Below, in pieces: positions 57,454 through 64,000 of a DNA stretch of 64,000 bases. Numbering within the stretch: the first letter of the stretch is position 1; each line of letters opens with the position of its first letter. Below the pieces are notes generated by a model. That model searched no databases. It saw only the letters and a list, made by a program, of their open reading frames with translations, and was not told where the DNA came from. The stretch is from a bacterium (GTDB lineage Bacteria; Actinomycetota; Acidimicrobiia; Spongiisociales; JAHEDJ01): positions 23,594 through 87,593 of the forward strand of contig JAHEDJ010000001.1 in the NCBI GenBank assembly GCA_024641325.1. Direction: 5' to 3'. The translations under genes were made by a program, and so were the position numbers.

Positions 57454-58281
57454 TCAATATTCGAAGCGGCCGGCGATTCTGCCCTCCGGGTCGAGGAGAT
57501 AACCCACATCGCCGGAGTTGTTCCAAACGGGCCCCGATGCGCACCAGTAGAGGTGGTCCCTCTCGTTCGCTCCGCAGCCCGTTGAGATCCGGATGGTGGT
57601 TGAGCCGTCGAGAATGAAGCCGGACGGAAATGAGTACCGGTGCACAGACTCCGCGTCGCGTAGCGACCAACCGGTCAGCGAGACAGATCGGGTTCCTGTA
57701 TTCGCAATCTCAATCCACTCGTCGTTGAGGTTCTCGTCATCGCGTCCTTCTGCATCTGCTCGGATCGAATCGATGCTGAGTTGGCCGGTCACCGTGCACG
57801 CCTCTGCTGCCCACATTCCCCTCCCGCCCGCAATGGCAAGATCCTGGGCTTCGTTGAGGTCGGACAGGAGTGACGTGTTCGGCTCATAGGAGCGGGACAT
57901 TGCGAATCCGTCTGCGACGAGTTCCAGGTTGATCAGGCTGTCTCCCCGGTAGATGTACCGCAGCAACCTCCCGTACTGATCCAGCGGCGCGACGTCCTCG
58001 ACGAGCGTTACCGTCTGATTCAGGGTCAGCAACTCGAGTTGCTCCCGGGCCTCCGGCCCGAAGCATTCATCGGTTTCCGGTGCGTTGATACCGATCAAGC
58101 GGACTCTTTGCCGGATACCATCGATTTCCGCGACCAGGCTGTCCCCGTCGGCGACTCGTACCACCAGCGCCGATATGCCGTCCGGAGAGTGAGGAACCGC
58201 TGCTGTGCCTGATTCGGTGTCGACGGATTCTGTGCACGCGGTAACGAGGAGCACCAGGGCCACGAAGAGAGTGCGGAACAC
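57454..58281 (-). CDS. Lipoprotein thermonuclease (SNase-like) with C-terminal lamin-tail domain
   Basis: I chose a GTG start that gives MFRTLFVALVLLVTAC, a signal peptide with a lipobox. The SNase motif VRLIGINAPE...YGRLLRYIY is present. The C-terminus LNDEWIEIANTGTRSVSLTGWSLRD has an LTD pattern. Confidence 0.55.
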   Translation of the reverse strand: MFRTLFVALVLLVTACTESVDTESGTAAVPHSPDGISALVVRVADGDSLVAEIDGIRQRVRLIGINAPETDECFGPEAREQLELLTLNQTVTLVEDVAPLDQYGRLLRYIYRGDSLINLELVADGFAMSRSYEPNTSLLSDLNEAQDLAIAGGRGMWAAEACTVTGQLSIDSIRADAEGRDDENLNDEWIEIANTGTRSVSLTGWSLRDAESVHRYSFPSGFILDGSTTIRISTGCGANERDHLYWCASGPVWNNSGDVGYLLDPEGRIAGRFEY

Positions 58282-58349
58282 CGGGGCATTGTAGAAGTGG
58301 CCATCACTCGCGTCGCCCCTGTCCGGTTCCTCGAGGCTACGCTCGACCC

Positions 58350-59105
58350 ATGACAACAGATTCACTTGCGTATCGCTCGACTGGTAATGGGCCTCTCGCC
58401 GTATTCCTGCACGGCTTCCCGATGGACCATCGGCTGTGGGATCAGGTAGTTGCCCATCTGGGCGGCCTGAGACGGTGTGTCGCGGTCGACCTACCCGGTT
58501 GTGGAGCCTCATCGATCGACGGTGCCGCTTCCATAGACGAGACGGCAGATCGGGTGGCTTCGCTCATTTCGGAACTTGGGGATGGAGCAGATGTAATTGG
58601 TTTGTCGATGGGCGGCTACGTGCAGCTGTCTCTCTACGAGCGCTACCCGCAGACGGTTCGATCACTTGCTCTGATGGACACGCGGTCTGAGGCCGACACA
58701 GAGGAGGGCCGTGCCGGGAGGATGGCGCTCATCCAGAAGGTTGAAGCCTCCGGGGTCGGTGAGCTGGCGGACACGATGGCCGAAGCACTGCCTTCTGCCG
58801 GTGCGGCCCCCTGGGTTAGGAGACGCATTCGCGCCATGGCATTGGACTCTTCACGCTCCGGTGTGGCGGCTGCCCTGCAAGCTATGGCATCCCGGCCCGA
58901 CCGAACGGCTCTTCTCGGCTCGATCGCCGTGCCGACACTCGTACTGGTGGGGAGCGACGACAAGCTGACCCCGCCCGAAGGGGCACGGGGGATGGCCGAG
59001 GCGATTCCTGAGGCGAGCTTCGTTGAGGTTCCCGGCGCCGGACACGTGCCGCCCCTGGAGCGTCCATCTGCAGTGGTAGACGCACTGCGAGAGTTCTGGA
59101 AGTAG
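58350..59105 (+). CDS. Alpha/beta-fold hydrolase
   Basis: The product has AVFLHGFPMDHRLW, a nucleophile-elbow-like GLSMGG, and a C-terminal VPGAGH. Confidence 0.75.
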   Translation: MTTDSLAYRSTGNGPLAVFLHGFPMDHRLWDQVVAHLGGLRRCVAVDLPGCGASSIDGAASIDETADRVASLISELGDGADVIGLSMGGYVQLSLYERYPQTVRSLALMDTRSEADTEEGRAGRMALIQKVEASGVGELADTMAEALPSAGAAPWVRRRIRAMALDSSRSGVAAALQAMASRPDRTALLGSIAVPTLVLVGSDDKLTPPEGARGMAEAIPEASFVEVPGAGHVPPLERPSAVVDALREFWK

Positions 59106-59189
59106 GTAGCAGGTTCGAGATTTTGGGTTTTGGGTTCCTGCAACGGGAGCTCGGCGGCCACTTGCCAATTGCCAATCGCCTGAAATCGG

Positions 59190-60554
59190 CTAACCCGACA
59201 CGGCTGTAGCCGCCGCGGCCACCTTCCGCGCTGCGATGTTCACCGGATCCCATACGCCTGAGAACGGTGGCGAGTAGGCCAGGTCGACCATTGCCAAATC
59301 CGACGCCGTCATGCCGCTCCACAAGGCGCTCGCGACCGTATCGATGCGTTTTCCTGCACCCGGCCCACCGATGATCTGGGCTCCCAGGAGCTTCGTCGTC
59401 CCGCGCTCTGCAACCATCTTGACTCGCATCGGAGAAGAACCGGGCCAGTAGTGAGCGGCGGTGCTGCTTCCGACCTCGGCCGCCACGTATTCAAATCCTG
59501 CCGACTCGGCTTCGAACTCGGTCAGGCCGGTGCGGGCGATTTCGAAATCGTGCACTTTGGTTATCGCAGTTCCGAGAATGCCCGGGAAGGTGGCGTCGCC
59601 ACCACCGAGGTTGATCCCTGCCACCCGACCGGCCTTGTTGGCGACCGTACCGAGATGGACGTTGATCGGCAGTCCGCTTATCCGGTGCAAGGCGTCAGCA
59701 CAATCTCCCGCCGACCACACGCGGTCGATGGGCGTGCGCTGATGGTCGTCTACGGTGACACCGCCTGATGCTCCGAGCGGAATACCTGCGTCGGCGGCGA
59801 GCCGGGTGGCAGGTCGGCTGCCGAGTGCCAGAACGACGATGTCTGCCTGGATGCTCTGGTCGAAACAACCCGCCCCGACAACCTTGCCGTGGCGACCTTC
59901 GAGGCACTCGACCTTGTGCTCGGTGATCAGCTCGATGCCCATCTCTCGAAGGCGGTCGCCGACCCTTGCCCCCATATCCGGGTCGAAGGTTCGCTCCAAC
60001 ACGGTCGGCATCATCGTGACGATCGTGGTCTCGAGACCGAGAGTGTGAAAAGCTTCTGCCACCTCGAGTCCTATATATCCACCACCCACGACTACTGCCT
60101 TGCGAGCACCGCCCGTTGCCACCGTTCGAAGTGTCTTTGCGTCATCGAGGGTTCGCAACTCGTATACACCTTCGAGGCCGACTCCCTCGATCGGGGGGCG
60201 CAACGACTCGGAGCCCGTGGCGTATAGAAGGTGGTCGTATCCGATCGTCTCTTCACCAGCCGGGCTGCGGAACGTCACTTTTCCTTTGTCCGTGTCGATT
60301 CCGGTGGCTTCGTGATGAAGGCGAGCGTCGATCGAAACCTTCCAGAACTGTTCGGGCGTTCGGACCTTGAGGTCTTCGAAGTCCTCGACATCACCTGATA
60401 CGTAGTACGGCTCACCACAGGCTGAGTAGCTGACGTAGTTGCCTCTCTCCAGCACGATTATCTCGAGTTCATCGGGTTTGCGGCGACGTCGAGCCTGACT
60501 GGCTGCGGACATTCCGGCGGCGTCCCCCCCGACGACTACGAGGCGTTCAGGCAT
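59190..60554 (-). CDS. CoA-disulfide reductase/NADH oxidase family FAD-dependent pyridine nucleotide-disulfide oxidoreductase
   Basis: The start MPERLVVVGGDAAGMSAASQARRRR follows a GAAGGGA SD sequence. The redox-active Cys motif SYSACGEPYY is like SFANCGLPYY of CoADR/Nox. There is no rhodanese extension. Confidence 0.75.
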   Translation of the reverse strand: MPERLVVVGGDAAGMSAASQARRRRKPDELEIIVLERGNYVSYSACGEPYYVSGDVEDFEDLKVRTPEQFWKVSIDARLHHEATGIDTDKGKVTFRSPAGEETIGYDHLLYATGSESLRPPIEGVGLEGVYELRTLDDAKTLRTVATGGARKAVVVGGGYIGLEVAEAFHTLGLETTIVTMMPTVLERTFDPDMGARVGDRLREMGIELITEHKVECLEGRHGKVVGAGCFDQSIQADIVVLALGSRPATRLAADAGIPLGASGGVTVDDHQRTPIDRVWSAGDCADALHRISGLPINVHLGTVANKAGRVAGINLGGGDATFPGILGTAITKVHDFEIARTGLTEFEAESAGFEYVAAEVGSSTAAHYWPGSSPMRVKMVAERGTTKLLGAQIIGGPGAGKRIDTVASALWSGMTASDLAMVDLAYSPPFSGVWDPVNIAARKVAAAATAVSG

Positions 60555-60564
60555 GTTGTTCCCT

Positions 60565-60930
60565 TCAATCGGAAAGACGCTCAGCGCGGAGACGCTCGAG
60601 TTCCCTCCGCTCGGCCAGAGTCTTGCGGCGCCGGCGTCGCCAGATGTAACCGACTGCCTCATCGAAGAGTACTGCCACCACAGCAGTGCCGAGGATGATG
60701 GCGATCAGAGGCGCTCTGCCGTCCCAACCCAGGAAATTCAGGGTAACCCGCTGCGTGTTCTGCGCCGCCAGCACGGCGAGCGCGGCAACGAGTACAAGGC
60801 TCGCTACGAGGCTCCAACGGACTCCGGTTCCGTCTTCGCCAACCTTGCGAGGTTGCTCCAAAGGTGGTTCAGAGACCGGACCCACGTCGGCGACTGTGAA
60901 ATCGTCCCAATTCTCGGAGTTCTTGCTCAC
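60565..60930 (-). CDS. DUF1049 (LapA-like) small membrane protein
   Basis: The product has a single TM segment and a basic/coiled C-terminal tail (RRRRRKTLAERRELERLRAERL). Confidence 0.4.
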   Translation of the reverse strand: MSKNSENWDDFTVADVGPVSEPPLEQPRKVGEDGTGVRWSLVASLVLVAALAVLAAQNTQRVTLNFLGWDGRAPLIAIILGTAVVAVLFDEAVGYIWRRRRRKTLAERRELERLRAERLSD

Positions 60931-63104
60931 TGCCCGTCCTCCCGGTCTTCGCCCAAAAGGCGCCTATCAGCTTCGATTGCGACCCTGCGGCCCTCGTCGA
61001 CATCGACTCGCTGAAGAAGGGCGATACCCACGATGAAGAAAACAATGAGGCTGAGTACCGCCGGCCGACTGTTACCGAAGAGGGCGACCGCGCCGGCGAA
61101 GATCACCGGTCCGACGATCGACGAGAATTTCGACATCACCGAGAAGAATCCAAAGAACTCGCCGCTGATCGAGGTCGGGGACATCGATGAATAAAGGCTG
61201 CGGCTGAGCGCCTGACTTCCACCCTGTACCACTGCCACCATCCAGGCGAGATACCAGAACTCGATCACCGCATCGAGGAAGAATCCCCAGATAGCGATGA
61301 AAGCGTAGGCAATGAGCGCCAGGATGATCGCCCGCTTGGTGGTCATGGCGTCTGCCGCGCCGCCGAATAGTTGCTTGCCGAAGAGGCTGGCAAGCGCCAG
61401 CCCCACGATTTCCACGACCAGCAGGCTGCCGAGAATGAAGCCGAGATTGCTGGATCGAACGGGCGGTAGGACCTCGAACTCCCCGATGGTGACCATACCG
61501 TCGGTCGACCGGATAGTCAGGGTATGGAGGCCGGGGGAGCCGGCATCGATGGTGGTTCGAACACCGTATCGGATGGTCTCGTTGACGGCATCGATTTTGA
61601 CCAACTCGTCGTCTTCGAAGAGCGGCTGCCCGTCGATCTCGACAGACCAGATGCCGTGGTCGGGTCCGGTGCGATGCGTGAGTTTGACCTGCTGGCCGTT
61701 GAAACCGAATTCGGCTACGGCCGAGTTATCGGCTGTAGTGACATACGGAACAGGGTCCGCGGCGGTGAGCACGATCAACTGTCCGAGCGCGGCTATGAGC
61801 AATGCCACGAGACCAACGGTGGCGACGCCGATCACCGACCAGGGCGGTGTCGTCGCTCCGGTAGCCCGCCGGCGCCGCGCGACCTCCCAAGCCAGGGCCA
61901 GTCCTACCACGGCTATCACCAGGAAGTACGGAGTAACAGTGCCTGCGGTATCGCTGAGCCCGGTTGTTTGCTCGGCGACCGCTTCTCTGCTGATCACGTC
62001 CCAACTGCCGGACAACTCGACTGCCTCGTCGGTGATGCCGTACGTGCCTTCACCGACCGACGAGCCGGAGGCAAAGAAAGCGTCGGGTGCTGCTCCGACC
62101 GAGTCGGAGGGCAAGACTCGTGCGCCGACGATCCCCACCAGCGGTAAAGCAATGATGTTGAAGACGATGAAGGCGAGATAGGTGGCGCGATTGGCATCGT
62201 CGGCTTTCGGTATCCGACCGAAGATGAGACTGAACGGGATCCCAACGAACTGGACGAGGAGAATGGCGAGGATCAACTCGGTAGTGCCGAAACCGAGCTC
62301 GGCGCCGTAGATGACCGCCACTCCAATGATCGTTCCGATGCCGTCGTTGTAGATGAGGAAGGCGATCAGATATTTGAAGAGTTCCTTGTATTGCCTGAGG
62401 TTCTGGAGGGTCTCGCCCAGTCTCGAGAAGCTGACACGAACGATTGTCTCGCCCGGACGCAGGTCGCCGCCGGCCGCGGGCGGTTCCGGGACGCGGCGAA
62501 GGATCGGAATGGAGAAAACCGCCCACCAGATCGCCACCGACAGGAACGAGAGGCGAGCACCGGTCTCGGATCCGATGACGAAGATCATCACCACATTGGC
62601 TGCGAGCAAGAGGCCGCCACCGAGATACCCGACGGCATAGCCGCGCGCCGAAACCGCATCCTGATCCTCATCGCGAGCAACGTGTGGCAGCAGCGAGTCG
62701 TAGAAGACGTTGCCTGCCGCGAATCCGACCCGGCCGACGATGAAGAACGCGGAGGCGAGGAGCCAGTCACCTGTTCCGACCAGCACGAGCAATCCCGTAC
62801 CAACAACACCGACTCCCACGAAGATCGATAGGAGTTTCTTCTTCCCGCGCATCACATCTGCGATCGTGCCGAGTATCGGGGAGATGAGGGCGACAATGAT
62901 CAGTGAGACGCTGAGAGTGGTGGTCCAGTAGGCGGTGGCGACGGCCGCGCTCGGGAGACTGGCTCCCGCAACCTCGCTGTAGTAGGCAGGAAGCACGGCT
63001 GCGAGGATCGTCGTAGCGAACGCGGAGTTCGCCCAGTCGTACATCGTCCATGCACGGATGCGCTTCTTGTAGGTGGTCTCATCGATCGGTTGTGCGCTCA
63101 TCAT
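60927..63104 (-). CDS. MFS transporter (UMF1 family) with large internal extracytoplasmic insert
   Basis: The 725-aa product has the N-terminus AWTMYDWANSAFATTI. Two 6-TM halves are separated by a soluble segment of about 250 aa. Confidence 0.6.
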   Translation of the reverse strand: MMSAQPIDETTYKKRIRAWTMYDWANSAFATTILAAVLPAYYSEVAGASLPSAAVATAYWTTTLSVSLIIVALISPILGTIADVMRGKKKLLSIFVGVGVVGTGLLVLVGTGDWLLASAFFIVGRVGFAAGNVFYDSLLPHVARDEDQDAVSARGYAVGYLGGGLLLAANVVMIFVIGSETGARLSFLSVAIWWAVFSIPILRRVPEPPAAGGDLRPGETIVRVSFSRLGETLQNLRQYKELFKYLIAFLIYNDGIGTIIGVAVIYGAELGFGTTELILAILLVQFVGIPFSLIFGRIPKADDANRATYLAFIVFNIIALPLVGIVGARVLPSDSVGAAPDAFFASGSSVGEGTYGITDEAVELSGSWDVISREAVAEQTTGLSDTAGTVTPYFLVIAVVGLALAWEVARRRRATGATTPPWSVIGVATVGLVALLIAALGQLIVLTAADPVPYVTTADNSAVAEFGFNGQQVKLTHRTGPDHGIWSVEIDGQPLFEDDELVKIDAVNETIRYGVRTTIDAGSPGLHTLTIRSTDGMVTIGEFEVLPPVRSSNLGFILGSLLVVEIVGLALASLFGKQLFGGAADAMTTKRAIILALIAYAFIAIWGFFLDAVIEFWYLAWMVAVVQGGSQALSRSLYSSMSPTSISGEFFGFFSVMSKFSSIVGPVIFAGAVALFGNSRPAVLSLIVFFIVGIALLQRVDVDEGRRVAIEADRRLLGEDREDGQ

Positions 63105-63188
63105 TCCTCAGCGTTCCGGGTCTTTGGTTCTGGGTGTCTACAGGCGTCGGTCCTCCTAGAACCTAGAACGTAGAACCAGTGACTTGCT

Positions 63189-64000
63189 TCATACGGCATT
63201 AAGCGCCTGACCGAGATCCAGGATCAGATCATCTGGGTGTTCGACCCCGATCGAGACCCGCACCAGGCCTTCGGTGACGCCCAAGCGGTCCTTCTCCTCG
63301 CGCCCGACGTCTGCATGGGTCATACTGGCCGGGTGCTCCGCCAGCGACTCTGTGCCGCCGAGCGACACGGCCAGATGGACCATCTTCAGAGCATTGAGAA
63401 AACGGAACGCCCCGGCTTCGCCGCCGGGGACCTCGAAGGAGATCATCGAGCCGGATCCGAGGCACTGGCGCTTGTAGAGGTCGAACTGTGGGTGATCTGC
63501 GTCGAGATGACCGAGGTAGCGGAGATTGATCACTTTCGGGTGCTCTCGGAGGAACGCAGCTATCCGTGTCGCGTTTTCAGCCTGGCGGTTCATGCGCAGA
63601 TGGAGGGTCTCGAGACTGCGGAGCAAGAGCCACCCTGTCCAGGGGCCGACCATGGTTCCGAGGAAAGTGCGCATTGCTCTGACCGGGGCCATCATCTTCT
63701 CCGACCCGAGGGCAGCGCCGGCGATCAGATCCGAGTGCCCACCGATGAACTTGGTCGCCGAGTAGAGGACGATATCGGCTCCGTGATCGAGTGGCCGCTG
63801 AAACACGGGTCCGAGGAAGGTGTTATCAACGGCAACGGGCACACGGTGATCATCCGACGAATGCCGGGAGGCGATTTCAGCCCCCATTGCTATGTCGATC
63901 AGATCGTTGGTCGGGTTGGCGGGGGTTTCGATGAGGATCAGGCCGAGGCGCTTTCCCGGGGCTTCGCTCGATAGCCGCGCCTCGATCGACTCAACAGTGT
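63189..64000 (-). CDS. Cys/Met-metabolism PLP-dependent enzyme (cystathionine gamma-synthase/lyase or O-acetylhomoserine sulfhydrylase family), 5'-partial at window edge
   Basis: The motif YSATKFIGGHSD contains the PLP Lys. The frame stays open upstream to the window end (IETPANPTNDLIDIA...). The ORF-track start at 63887 is an internal Met. Confidence 0.75.
   Translation of the reverse strand, partial: TVESIEARLSSEAPGKRLGLILIETPANPTNDLIDIAMGAEIASRHSSDDHRVPVAVDNTFLGPVFQRPLDHGADIVLYSATKFIGGHSDLIAGAALGSEKMMAPVRAMRTFLGTMVGPWTGWLLLRSLETLHLRMNRQAENATRIAAFLREHPKVINLRYLGHLDADHPQFDLYKRQCLGSGSMISFEVPGGEAGAFRFLNALKMVHLAVSLGGTESLAEHPASMTHADVGREEKDRLGVTEGLVRVSIGVEHPDDLILDLGQALNAV

Overview
The window is a high-GC, gene-dense chromosomal segment that looks actinobacterial. 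I found no mobile element and no CRISPR array. I call about 67 CDS, 3 tRNAs, several convergent-gene terminator hairpins and a cluster of short tandem repeats. Most genes are core metabolism or housekeeping: glgA plus a GH57 glucan enzyme, gatCAB, a tupBCA-like tungstate ABC transporter, serA, ilvE, gltX followed by tRNA-Glu, maeB, kbl-tdh, pyk, serC, an aspartate aminotransferase, rocA/pruA, two two-component systems, and two MFS transporters. The main finding is at 29.0-30.4 kb. Two divergently transcribed, membrane-anchored TlpA/ResA-like thioredoxin-fold genes each carry an in-frame TGA exactly at the first Cys of the WCxxC active site (THW-U-PHC and AHW-U-PVC). Each TGA is followed at fdhF-like spacing by the same 26-nt hairpin with a GGUC apical loop, which is a strong bacterial SECIS candidate. 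This predicts two selenocysteine thiol-disulfide oxidoreductases, next to a DsbB/BdbC-like gene and tRNA-Gln/tRNA-Glu. Other notable items are a (TGCTTAC)x14 heptanucleotide microsatellite with further short repeats upstream of a small two-TM ORF and tupB, a paired dynamin-like GTPase operon divergent from a coiled-coil protein with a C-terminal nuclease-like motif, a Cas4-like Fe-S PD-(D/E)XK nuclease, a lipoprotein thermonuclease with a lamin-tail domain, and an MFS gene whose conserved N-terminus lies upstream of any canonical start codon. The ORF track treats ATG, GTG and TTG as starts. I refined several starts, and coordinates may be off by 1-2 nt in places.
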